DNA of 64,000 nt from an uncultured Gammaproteobacteria bacterium (GTDB taxonomy: Bacteria > Patescibacteriota > Patescibacteriia > UBA1558 > GWA2-36-10), in assembly GCA_964638415.1 (NCBI GenBank), contig CAZWYP010000004.1, positions 8,498 through 72,497 on the forward strand. Direction: 5' to 3'. The notes under the pieces were generated by a model. That model made no database searches. It had not been told where the DNA came from and worked only from the letters and a program-made list of their open reading frames with translations. Within the stretch, counting starts at the first letter, position 1, and each line of letters begins with the position of its first letter. This document shows positions 36,524 to 45,640 of the stretch, in pieces. The translations under genes were made by a program, and so were the position numbers.

Positions 36524-37489
36524 ATGGAAAACTTCAAGCAAATCAGCCAAAATATTAAAGATCATATTGATGAAGCAGAAAAGATTCTGTTGATTTGCCA
36601 TTACAACCCTGATGGCGATGCTTTAGGTGCTATTTTAGCCATGGCTAATTACCTGACTGAACAGGAAAAGCAATTAACGGCTTGGTGTTTTGATCCCCTA
36701 CCAGCCAATTTTAGCTGGCTGCCTAATAGCCAATTATTAACCGACAGCCACTTAATCTTTACCAAAAGCTATGACTTGGTTATTATCTTGGACTGCGGCA
36801 ATTATTCCCGCACCAAAGCCGAAGACTTGCTGGCGGTTTTACCACCGCATATTAAAATTAATATTGACCATCATCCTTCTAACGATAATTTCGGAGATAT
36901 TAACTTAGTCTTGCCGCAAGCGTCTTCTACTACGGAAATCCTCCATCGCTTGTTAAAAGATTGGAATGAAGATGTCAGTCAGAATGTTGCTACCTGCCTA
37001 GCTTGCGGCTTAGTTACCGATACTGGTGGCTTTGTTAATGCTGCTACCAATTATTTAACCTTAGAAACTGCCGGGGATTTAATTAAAGCTGGTGTCAGTT
37101 TAAACAGGATAATCTCTATTACTTCCGGCTCCCAAAGCATTAATAATCTTAAGCTGTGGGGAGTAGCTTTAGCGCGCTTAAAGAAAAATAATAAGTATGG
37201 CTTAATTTACACCTGGCTGACTAGAGAAGATTTTACTAATTGCGAATTAACTGGGGACCGGACTGAAGGCTTAGCTAATTTCTTGCAAACCATTAAAGAG
37301 GCTAGGATAATTTTGGTGCTAGCAGAAACTGAAGATGGCTTTATTAAAGGCTCGCTGCGCACTACAGAAAACAATATTGACCTCAATAAGTTAGCTGGCT
37401 TATTAGGTGGTGGCGGTCATCAGAAAGCAGCCGGCTTCCGCTTGCCAGGACGACTTCATTATGATAATAATAAACTAAAGATTGTTTAA
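36524..37489 (+). CDS. nrnA: NrnA-like DHH/DHHA1 phosphoesterase (bifunctional oligoribonuclease / pAp phosphatase)
   Basis: [27 protein letters not shown] motif in [20 protein letters not shown] (DHHA1 GGGH). Confidence 0.75.
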   Translation: MENFKQISQNIKDHIDEAEKILLICHYNPDGDALGAILAMANYLTEQEKQLTAWCFDPLPANFSWLPNSQLLTDSHLIFTKSYDLVIILDCGNYSRTKAEDLLAVLPPHIKINIDHHPSNDNFGDINLVLPQASSTTEILHRLLKDWNEDVSQNVATCLACGLVTDTGGFVNAATNYLTLETAGDLIKAGVSLNRIISITSGSQSINNLKLWGVALARLKKNNKYGLIYTWLTREDFTNCELTGDRTEGLANFLQTIKEARIILVLAETEDGFIKGSLRTTENNIDLNKLAGLLGGGGHQKAAGFRLPGRLHYDNNKLKIV

Positions 37490-37493
37490 ATTT

Positions 37494-38066
37494 ATGTTAA
37501 TTCCAACTGTCATTGAAAAAACTCATGCTGGCGAACGCGCTTATGATATTTACTCCCGCCTGCTTAAGGATCGCATTATTTTTTTAGGCGAATCCATTGA
37601 TAAGCCAATTGCCAATGCTGTTATTGCTCAGCTGTTATTTTTGGAAGCCCAGGATCAGGAAAAGCCTATTAAAATGTATATCAACTCTCCTGGCGGCTAT
37701 GTGACTGACGGCCTAGCTATTTATGACACTATGCATCATATCAAGGCTCCCGTCTCCACTATCTGCGTGGGGTTAGCCGCTTCCATGGCAGCGGTATTAC
37801 TTGCCGGCGGACAACCTGGCCAGCGCTTTGCTCTGCCTAACTCAGAAATTATGATCCACCAGATTATGGGCGGTGCGCAAGGACAAGCAACGGATATTAA
37901 AATAACCGCTGACCAGATTCTGAAGCTGAAAGAAAGAATTAATAAAATATTACAGAAGCATACTAAGCAATCCTTGAATCGCATTGAAAAAGATACTGAC
38001 CGTGACTACTATATGACTGCTGAAGAAGCGGTACAGTACGGACTGATCGACAAAATAATTAAGTAA
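37494..38066 (+). CDS. clpP: ATP-dependent Clp protease proteolytic subunit
   Basis: [32 protein letters not shown]. Catalytic triad context GLAASMAA / MIHQ / DTDRD. Confidence 0.9.
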   Translation: MLIPTVIEKTHAGERAYDIYSRLLKDRIIFLGESIDKPIANAVIAQLLFLEAQDQEKPIKMYINSPGGYVTDGLAIYDTMHHIKAPVSTICVGLAASMAAVLLAGGQPGQRFALPNSEIMIHQIMGGAQGQATDIKITADQILKLKERINKILQKHTKQSLNRIEKDTDRDYYMTAEEAVQYGLIDKIIK

Positions 38067-38069
38067 TTT

Positions 38070-38103
38070 AATTCTCTCAATTGTAAGTTGAGAGAATTTT
38101 AAA
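38070..38103 (+). terminator. Hairpin terminator after clpP (weak U-tail)
   Basis: AATTCTCTCAA-TTGTAAG-TTGAGAGAATT followed by TT then an A-run. Confidence 0.45.
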
Positions 38104-38550
38104 AAATCTCTTGGCAGTTTTTCCAAAATGTGTTAATATTTTTGACAAGACGGTTTTGGGTTTTTAAACTCGCTTTGCTTGCCGTCATGGACCATCGGTG
38201 TCCAACGTTTCTTGAAGCCGAAAGACTTCCCAAAAAACGTCGGACAATAGCCGGTGGTCTTTTTATTGTTAAAAATCCCCCAATTGACAACTAGCGTTTT
38301 TTCTGGTAAATTATGCTTGCAGTTATTACTGCTTTTATCTAAATTATTTTAATTTACTGTTTTGAGGGTTTTGACAGATTCAGCTTAACAGCTTAAGCAA
38401 AATTACCGCTGAGCAACATCTTTTCCTAAACTTTTTACTTAATGACTCTGCAAATTAATCATCATATTATTCTGTCCAGTCTAATGTTCTAGACTGCTTT
38501 TGCTTGTCTTTAAAAGCTCCCCAATTCAGTAAACCAGAAAGATCTAACAC

Positions 38551-40065
38551 ATGGAATTCATTTTAATATTTGGCGCCTTGTTATTAGGAGCTATTTTGGG
38601 TTTTGTTTTGAGGAAAATCTTAGCTAGCCGCTCAGTAAATTCTGCTGAACGCAAAGCCGAGAATATCCTGGAAGATGCCCGCACCAAGTCTAAAAAATTG
38701 CAGCTGGAGGCTAAAGACAAAGCCCTGCAGATCATTGAAGAAGGCAAGCAGGAAGAGAAAGAAAGGCGCCAGCGCTTAACAGAATTAGAAAACCGTTTAA
38801 ATAAACGGGAGAGTCTTTTTGACCAGAAACTGCTGGAGTTTGAAGACAATAAACAGAGATTGGATAATATCAAACAAGGTTTGGAATTGGAAAAAGAAGA
38901 AGTTAAAAAAATAAAAGAGCAGCAATTAGCTAAGTTAGAAAAAATTGCGGAATTAACCCAGAATGAGGCTAAGGAAGTCTTGCTGAAAAACACCGAATCG
39001 CGGATGAAGGATGAATTATTAAACCGCATCCGCAAATTGGAAAAGCAGGCTACTGACGAGCTGGAAGAAAAAGCCAAAAATATCCTAAGTAATGTTATTG
39101 AGCGCTGTGCAGCTCCGCATACTGCTGAAACTACTACCACTAATGTAAGCTTACCCAATGAAGAGATGAAGGGTAGGATTATTGGTAAGGAAGGACGCAA
39201 TATTAAGACCATTGAACAATTAACTGGCATTGAGATTATTATTGATGATACTCCTGACTCTATTATGATTTCGGGCTTCAATCCTATTCGCCGCCACTTG
39301 GCTAAAAGATCTTTAGAGAAATTAATGGCCGATGGACGCATTCATCCCGGACGCATTGAAGAAGTAGTGCAACAGAGTAAGAAAGATCTGGCTTTAGATA
39401 TTAAGAAAGCCGGTGAAGAAGCTGCTTACCAAGCCGGAGTGGTTGGTTTAGACAGCAAATTCCTACAAATCTTAGGTCGCTTAAAGTATCGTACTAGTTA
39501 CGGACAAAACCAATTACAACATGCTTTGGAAGTTTCCCAATTAAGCGCTCTATTGGCAGCAGAATTAGGCGCTGATGTTAATGTCTGTAAAAAAGGCGGC
39601 CTCTTGCATGATATCGGCAAAGCCTTGGATCATGAAATCCAGGGATCTCATCCGGAAATCGGCTATGACTTGATGAAAAAATTCGGTATTGCCGAAGAGA
39701 TTGCCTACATGTCCTTGGCGCATCACGAAGACCGGCCGAAAAACCTGGAAGGGGTTATTGTTAAAATCGCCGATGCTATTTCCGGCTCCCGCCCGGGTGC
39801 CCGCCGCGACACTTTTGAAAATTATATCCAGCGCTTAACAGAATTGGAAAACACTGCTAAGACTTTTGGCGGCGTAGAAAAGGTTTATGCCATCCAAGCA
39901 GGCCGGGAGATCAGAGTCTTTGTCACGCCAGATGCAGTGGACGATTTCGGTGCAACCAAACTGGCCCGCGATATCGCCGACAAAATAGAAAGCGAATTAA
40001 AATATCCTGGAGAAATCCGTGTGACGGTCATCCGGGAAAAAAGAGTAACTGAATATGCCAAATAA
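38551..40065 (+). CDS. rny: Ribonuclease Y
   Basis: N-terminal TM, coiled-coil, KH domain (GKEGRNIKTIEQLTG) and HD domain (LLHDIGKA). Confidence 0.85.
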   Translation: MEFILIFGALLLGAILGFVLRKILASRSVNSAERKAENILEDARTKSKKLQLEAKDKALQIIEEGKQEEKERRQRLTELENRLNKRESLFDQKLLEFEDNKQRLDNIKQGLELEKEEVKKIKEQQLAKLEKIAELTQNEAKEVLLKNTESRMKDELLNRIRKLEKQATDELEEKAKNILSNVIERCAAPHTAETTTTNVSLPNEEMKGRIIGKEGRNIKTIEQLTGIEIIIDDTPDSIMISGFNPIRRHLAKRSLEKLMADGRIHPGRIEEVVQQSKKDLALDIKKAGEEAAYQAGVVGLDSKFLQILGRLKYRTSYGQNQLQHALEVSQLSALLAAELGADVNVCKKGGLLHDIGKALDHEIQGSHPEIGYDLMKKFGIAEEIAYMSLAHHEDRPKNLEGVIVKIADAISGSRPGARRDTFENYIQRLTELENTAKTFGGVEKVYAIQAGREIRVFVTPDAVDDFGATKLARDIADKIESELKYPGEIRVTVIREKRVTEYAK

Positions 40066-40858
40066 ATCACTTAAAATTATTTTCTTGGGAGACGTGGTTG
40101 GTTCTTTAGGTAGAAAAGCCGTGCAGAAAATTCTGCCGGTTTGGCGCAATCAATACCAGCCGGATTTAATCATTGCCAATATTGAAAATTTAGCTCACGG
40201 CAAAGGAATCACTGTCAAAACTTTAAGAGAAATTAAAAAAACCGGCATTGATCTGTTTACCGGTGGTAATCATATCTGGGCTAAAGAAGCTATTGAAGAT
40301 ATTGAAAAAGAAGAAACTATACCCCTGGCTTTCCCCGCTAATGATTCGCGCAGTTTAGACCGTTACCGCTGGCAGAGTAAAAAAATAAACGGACAAAATA
40401 TTGTAATTGTCAGCTTAAGCGGCCGGACTTTCATGAAAGACGATACTGTTAGCAATCCTTTTTTGTATTTTGACCAGCTATTACTACAACTCCCTCCTGA
40501 TTCTATTATCATCATTGACTTTCATGCAGAAGCTACTTCAGAAAAAAGAGCTTTTGGTCTTTATGTTGATGGGCAAGTATCTGCAGTTATTGGTACCCAC
40601 ACCCATGTGCCGACTAATGATGCCCAAATTTTAGCCAAAGGCACTGGTTATTTAACTGATGTCGGTATGATCGGTCCTTATCCTTCAGTTATTGGAGTTA
40701 AACCTGAAATTATCATCCATAAATTCCTTACGGATAACAATCTCCGCCATGATTATGCTGACTCTGGTCAAATTGAGGTAAATGCAGTAATATTAGAAGT
40801 AGATAGCCAGACTAAAAAAACCTTAGCTATCAATAATTTAAGAGTAATTTTAGATTAA
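40055..40858 (+). CDS. ymdB: YmdB-family metallophosphoesterase (2',3'-cyclic nucleotide phosphodiesterase)
   Basis: LKIIFLGDVVG, NIENLAHGKGIT and GGNHIW motifs. Overlaps the rny stop. Confidence 0.8.
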   Translation: MPNKSLKIIFLGDVVGSLGRKAVQKILPVWRNQYQPDLIIANIENLAHGKGITVKTLREIKKTGIDLFTGGNHIWAKEAIEDIEKEETIPLAFPANDSRSLDRYRWQSKKINGQNIVIVSLSGRTFMKDDTVSNPFLYFDQLLLQLPPDSIIIIDFHAEATSEKRAFGLYVDGQVSAVIGTHTHVPTNDAQILAKGTGYLTDVGMIGPYPSVIGVKPEIIIHKFLTDNNLRHDYADSGQIEVNAVILEVDSQTKKTLAINNLRVILD

Positions 40859-40873
40859 TTTAACAATACGCCT

Positions 40874-41152
40874 ATGCATAAAGCAGATCTTATTGAAGCC
40901 GTCGCCCAAAAAGCCGGGGTGGGCAAAAAAGAAGCAGAAGCAGTTTTGCAAGCTTTGGAAGATTTGGTAATTGCCAATTTGCGGGAAGGCAAGGAAGTAA
41001 CCTTAACCGGCTTTGGCACTTTTTCTGCCCGTACCCGTAACGAGCGAATGGGCGTTAATCCGCAAAACCCGCAAGAGAGGATTAAGATTCCGACTGTCGT
41101 GGTCCCTAAATTCAAAGCTGGCAAGACTTTAAAAGACGCTCTCAAAAAATAA
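40874..41152 (+). CDS. hup: DNA-binding protein HU
   Basis: MHKADLIEAVAQKAGVGKKEAEAVLQAL...GFGTFSARTRNERMGVNPQNPQERIKIP matches the HU/IHF fold. Confidence 0.85.
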   Translation: MHKADLIEAVAQKAGVGKKEAEAVLQALEDLVIANLREGKEVTLTGFGTFSARTRNERMGVNPQNPQERIKIPTVVVPKFKAGKTLKDALKK

Positions 41153-41163
41153 TTAACGGCTAT

Positions 41164-41196
41164 AAAACCCTGTGTAAATAACACAGGGTTTTTGTT
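41164..41196. terminator. Bidirectional intrinsic terminator after hup
   Basis: AACCCTGTGT-AAATAA-CACAGGGTT followed by TTTTGTTT. Confidence 0.6.
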
Positions 41197-41948
41197 TAGG
41201 GTTTAATTATCAATCCGTATTGTGGTCCTGAAGCAGCAGCTTTATCCGGTAGCCAATCTGCTAAGGCTGAGAACAGCTTATCAGCAGTATAGACATAGTC
41301 GGCGCCATTTCTAGTGCCAGGATCGTTGGTAATAAATTTATCACCAACATAACCTTTTACTACCAGCATATGGTAATCCGGGCCATCACCGGTAAAATTA
41401 GGGTTATCCAGCTTATGACCGTCAGCCGGAATAATTACTGGCTGGCCGGTAGCTAATAACTCCTTTAGCTTGGCTGAGGTCAACTCTATTATTTCTACTT
41501 GGTAGTCAGATACTGTTTCAATATATTTTTTTACTTCTGCCACTGGCAAATTCTTATGCTCTCCCCAATTGGTTATTTGCCAATCTACCATCTCTGCTAA
41601 AGTCTTTTCTACAACTGATGATTCTGGTAAAGACTTATTCTGGTAATAATAGTCTACCATTAAGAAGCTGGCTTCTTCGCAGGCATCCTGCCAGGGCTGC
41701 TCCCAATTGCCGGTAGGCGCCTGAGAAGTAAAAGGCACAGCTAAATTAATACTCTTACTCTCCACTATTTCCTCCTCTGTTGTAGTAGCTATTTCTTCTC
41801 CGCTTTCCGTGGAAGATGAGTTAATAAACTGGTCATAGCTAATTGGTGCTGGCAGCGCAATAGATAAAATCTCCTGCCTTTGCTTCAAATAAAACCAAAA
41901 TAAAATTACACTTAGAGAAATTAATACCAATAAAGAGACTTTTTTCAT
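41196..41948 (-). CDS. Membrane-anchored C39-like (Peptidase_C39_2 / YvpB-like) cysteine peptidase domain protein
   Basis: N-terminal TM. VPFTSQAPTGNWEQPWQDACEEAS segment (Gln...Cys) typical of C39-like domains. Confidence 0.45.
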   Translation of the reverse strand: MKKVSLLVLISLSVILFWFYLKQRQEILSIALPAPISYDQFINSSSTESGEEIATTTEEEIVESKSINLAVPFTSQAPTGNWEQPWQDACEEASFLMVDYYYQNKSLPESSVVEKTLAEMVDWQITNWGEHKNLPVAEVKKYIETVSDYQVEIIELTSAKLKELLATGQPVIIPADGHKLDNPNFTGDGPDYHMLVVKGYVGDKFITNDPGTRNGADYVYTADKLFSALADWLPDKAAASGPQYGLIIKP

Positions 41949-41950
41949 GC

Positions 41951-42835
41951 TTACTCTTCCAGTAACTCTACTAAATTCTTCTTGGGTTTTTTGCCATGAA
42001 TGACATGATGGACCTCCGAGGCAATAGGCAGATAGATTTTTTTCTTCTTAGCTATCTTCATTACCGCTTCTACGGTATATACTCCCTCGGCTACCTCACC
42101 CAATTCCTTAACAATGGTTTTAATAGATTTTAATTTAGCTAAATTTAAACCAACCCGGTAATTTCTAGACAGACTGCTGCTGGCAGTTAAGAATAAATCA
42201 CCAGCCCCCGGCAGGCCGAAAAAAGTTTCTGCCTTAGCACCGAATTTCTCTCCAAACCTGGCCATTTCTACCAAGCCACGTGACAGTAAAGCAGCTCGGG
42301 CATTATTTCCTAAACGCAGACCGTCAGAAATACCGGAAGCAATAGCAATGATATTCTTATATGCTCCGCAGACCTGCGAGCCGATAACATCCGTTGACGG
42401 GTAGGTTTTAATAAACTGCGGGAAAAAACCGCAGAACTTCTCCGCTAATTTAATATTGCTGGAGCTAATGGTTACTGCCGTAGGTAGACCTTTACTTACT
42501 TCAGCGGCAAAGGACGGGCCAGATAAATATGCCAGATTATTCTTAGGCAGGTGGTGGGAGAAAATCTCACTCATAAACTGGCTGGTTTTAATATCTATTC
42601 CTTTAGACACTACTAGTATTTTCTGTCCCTTAAACTTAAATCTCTGCTTTAACCATTCCCTGGCAACTTGTGCCGGTAAGGCAAAGACTAAATATTCGCA
42701 GGCTAAAACTTCATTCAAAGGACATTGGTTCTTTAATCTAGTCTTTTCTCGCGAATACACAATAGTTTTATTTTTCCGGCTGAGAGCGAAGTTTAAAGCC
42801 TGCCCCCATTTACCGGCTCCAATAATACCGATCAT
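41951..42835 (-). CDS. gpsA: Glycerol-3-phosphate dehydrogenase [NAD(P)+]
   Basis: MIGIIGAGKWGQALNFAL Rossmann motif and GpsA-like body. Confidence 0.8.
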   Translation of the reverse strand: MIGIIGAGKWGQALNFALSRKNKTIVYSREKTRLKNQCPLNEVLACEYLVFALPAQVAREWLKQRFKFKGQKILVVSKGIDIKTSQFMSEIFSHHLPKNNLAYLSGPSFAAEVSKGLPTAVTISSSNIKLAEKFCGFFPQFIKTYPSTDVIGSQVCGAYKNIIAIASGISDGLRLGNNARAALLSRGLVEMARFGEKFGAKAETFFGLPGAGDLFLTASSSLSRNYRVGLNLAKLKSIKTIVKELGEVAEGVYTVEAVMKIAKKKKIYLPIASEVHHVIHGKKPKKNLVELLEE

Positions 42836-42889
42836 AATTAAAAGTTAACTCTTTAATACTATATATTTTACCAAATTGTTAAGAAAAAA

Positions 42890-43315
42890 TTAAGCAGCAA
42901 ACTTTCTCTTCTTAAACTCTGTAAATAACAGCCAAACAACACCCATGGTAATATACACATCACTTAAATTAAAAACCGTAAAGTTAGGCAGGTCAATTAA
43001 ATCAATTACTCCCCCATAGCTTACCCTATCCAGTAGATTACTGACTGCACCAATGGTAATTAAGCCTACCGGCCACTGCTTAATGTCTTTATTCCTAATT
43101 AATCTTTTCAACCAGACTAATAATACTGCTAAAATGACCAAAGTCAGGAAAATAATCAGCCAATTGGGAACTGGCAGGGAAAAAGCTAAATTTTTATTGA
43201 GATAAAAATTCAAAAAACCATCTCCAATCGCGCTTGAAGACGGTCTGTTGACAATATAAACTTTGGTTAAGCGATCAATAACGAATAAGGAAATTAAGCT
43301 TAACCAATATAGCAT
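42890..43315 (-). CDS. lspA: Lipoprotein signal peptidase (signal peptidase II)
   Basis: Four TM. NKNLAFSLPVP and FNLSDVYITMG motifs. Confidence 0.75.
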   Translation of the reverse strand: MLYWLSLISLFVIDRLTKVYIVNRPSSSAIGDGFLNFYLNKNLAFSLPVPNWLIIFLTLVILAVLLVWLKRLIRNKDIKQWPVGLITIGAVSNLLDRVSYGGVIDLIDLPNFTVFNLSDVYITMGVVWLLFTEFKKRKFAA

Positions 43316-43317
43316 AG

Positions 43318-43680
43318 CTACAATGAATTTTTCTTACAATCCATGCAGGAAGTGGCGGAAGGAAAGGCTACTAGTCGCTGAGGATCAATCGGTTTGCCGC
43401 ATTTTTCACATAAACCATAGTTTCCTTCATCAATTTTTTTCAAAGCTTTGTTAACATTAAATAAGGAAACTTCCAAAGTCTTTTCTAAAGACAAATTCTT
43501 TTCAAAAGTAGCTACTTCCGCAGCAGCTTCATCCTCTTTGTCGCCAAAATCCTGAAACTTGGCATCATAATCATTCTCATTAATCTGCACCGCGTCAATA
43601 TTGAGTTCTTTTAACAACTCATCGCGTCTGCTCTTAAGCTGTTCCTGTCTTTCTTTTATAAATTTTGCATCCATTTTCAT
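43318..43680 (-). CDS. DksA/TraR-family C4 zinc-finger protein
   Basis: C-terminal CEKCGKPIDPQRLVAFPSATSCMDCK. Confidence 0.65.
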   Translation of the reverse strand: MKMDAKFIKERQEQLKSRRDELLKELNIDAVQINENDYDAKFQDFGDKEDEAAAEVATFEKNLSLEKTLEVSLFNVNKALKKIDEGNYGLCEKCGKPIDPQRLVAFPSATSCMDCKKNSL

Positions 43681-44300
43681 ATGCTTATGCTAACAATAAA
43701 TATGGTTAATCTTATCAGATTTTTTAGGATAAATCAAGGCTATAAATACCCACTTAATCAATGATCTAGAGGCCAAAAAATTAACAAAATGAAAAGAGCG
43801 CAGTCTGAGCCCCTTATATATATAAATATTATGTGGGTGACGTGCGCTCCTTGTTGTTGCGCACCACTTGTTTTCGACTTCTTTAGTCGAGTTGGCAAGA
43901 TTTTGTTGCACCACAACAAATTATATATTCTTCTCCCTAACTCGGAAGAATGCCATTTCACCTTTAAGTGGCTTAACCTCTGTTTTTTTATGTGAACAAG
44001 GGCTGACCTTTTTATTTTTTATTTTTGTTTTTTTTGGTGAGGCAGTTAGGTTACCTCTAGATGTATAAAATAAAAGTGAAGTGGAAAGAATTAGCCACAA
44101 AAGCCAAAATTTTATGGGCAATTCCTTAAATAATATATTAAAGTGCTATTATTATACATTAAGTATATCAAATAATTCAAACATTGTCAATGATAAATAT
44201 TAGCTAATTTTAGCTAAAAAACTAAATTGTGGAAAATTTTTTTGACAAAACTTGTGGAAATAGTCAGAGTTTATAAACAAGTTATCCACAATAGATTAAA

Positions 44301-45614
44301 TTAATAGCAAAGTTTAAGCCCGGAAACTTGTAAATTATGATAGGAATATAAGCCTACTTGCTGTACTTTACCATTAAATACCTGTTTTAAACCTATTTTA
44401 TCCGCTAATTTAGCCTTCACAAACATAAAGCTGTCTATTTTTATATCTTCAGATAAACAATTCTGCCATAAGCCATCGCTTAATTGCCTACCCACGATAG
44501 TTTCCTGGATAAATTCCTCACTATTACTTAAATAATGGCGATCAGCTAAAGACGTTCCAAAAAATTCACCGGCCTGCCAGTATTTACTGCCCACGAATTC
44601 CTTATTAGCTACAATAAAATCTTCTTTGCGCACCAATTCTATATACCTAGTCCTGTCTGGTAGTAATTTTTCTTGCTCTTCAACACCAAAAGTATTGGCA
44701 TAATCATTAACAAGCTGCTGCCAATCGGTAGTACTAGCCACTAACCATCTCTGATCATCTACTACTAATAAACTATTAGCTAGCTGTGAGGAGAATTCCT
44801 CAAAATAATAGCTAGGAAAGTCGGTTAACAACACTGGCCAGAGCTGGTGTTTAACAAAATCATCAGGCGCATCATCGCCAAAGGCCATTACTGCTTCAAA
44901 ATCATTGGGCAATTGCCAGTGCTGCCAGTCCTTATCTTGGGAAGTGGTAGTAGCTGACTGGAAAATATCAATTTGGTCATGATTAAAATCTAAATTGACA
45001 AAAGTGTCATTAGACTGAAAACGATTTTGTAAGAATTCACCGAAAAATGAAAGCCAGGCTGGTGTTTGAGAAAGATTAAAGTAAATATTTATCCCCTCTC
45101 GGCCAGAAGCCAGACTAAATTTATTAACAATTTGCTTGGGCAATTGATTAATTAAACTATCTGTCGGACTTAATAGATAAACATCATGCTTAATCTGCCA
45201 AACTTTTTGTGTTTCATCTTTGTTATTTATCTGCTCTACCTGTTTTTTACGCAAAGGGTTATTAAATTTAAGCAAATAATAGTCCTGTTCATCGCCTTCT
45301 AATTTAAACCAAACTATCTCCTGTAATTGTTGGAAATTATCCTCCAAAATATCCTGCAATTTTATTAAATTCTGCTCCGGGCCTTGTAATAATACGTCCT
45401 TGAAAGGCCAAATATCTGCCCTGGTCCAAGCGCGGCTGTCTGACCACTCAAAATAAAATGAAGTATTGTCGGGCAAAAAATCTCTAGCCTTAATATTGGG
45501 CTGTAAGGAGAACCAAAAAACCAATAATCCCGCCACCACGATTACTGCTAATAAGTAAACCCATGGTGACTTGTTTATTGGTTTTTTATTTGCTAATAAA
45601 TTAAGCCAATTCAC
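44301..45614 (-). CDS. Hypothetical N-terminally membrane-anchored protein (437 aa)
   Basis: ORF with one N-terminal TM. No recognizable motif. Confidence 0.4.
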   Translation of the reverse strand: MNWLNLLANKKPINKSPWVYLLAVIVVAGLLVFWFSLQPNIKARDFLPDNTSFYFEWSDSRAWTRADIWPFKDVLLQGPEQNLIKLQDILEDNFQQLQEIVWFKLEGDEQDYYLLKFNNPLRKKQVEQINNKDETQKVWQIKHDVYLLSPTDSLINQLPKQIVNKFSLASGREGINIYFNLSQTPAWLSFFGEFLQNRFQSNDTFVNLDFNHDQIDIFQSATTTSQDKDWQHWQLPNDFEAVMAFGDDAPDDFVKHQLWPVLLTDFPSYYFEEFSSQLANSLLVVDDQRWLVASTTDWQQLVNDYANTFGVEEQEKLLPDRTRYIELVRKEDFIVANKEFVGSKYWQAGEFFGTSLADRHYLSNSEEFIQETIVGRQLSDGLWQNCLSEDIKIDSFMFVKAKLADKIGLKQVFNGKVQQVGLYSYHNLQVSGLKLCY

Positions 45615-45640
45615 TGCTTATTTTATGCTATTTGCTAAAA

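Noticed and set aside
38099-38290. 63-aa minus-strand ORF between clpP and rny
   Set aside because: No start context or motif. Overlaps a structured GC-rich element that is better treated as RNA or regulatory.
38544-39341. 265-aa ORF on the minus strand antisense to rny
   Set aside because: Entirely embedded opposite a well-supported RNase Y gene. Ser/Leu/Phe-rich low-complexity translation typical of antisense frames in AT-rich DNA. No start context.
43690-44121. Five 66-74-aa ORFs in the long spacer upstream of the dksA-like gene
   Set aside because: Mutually overlapping, low-complexity, no RBS or conserved motif. The region is better explained as non-coding (possible ncRNA or regulatory).
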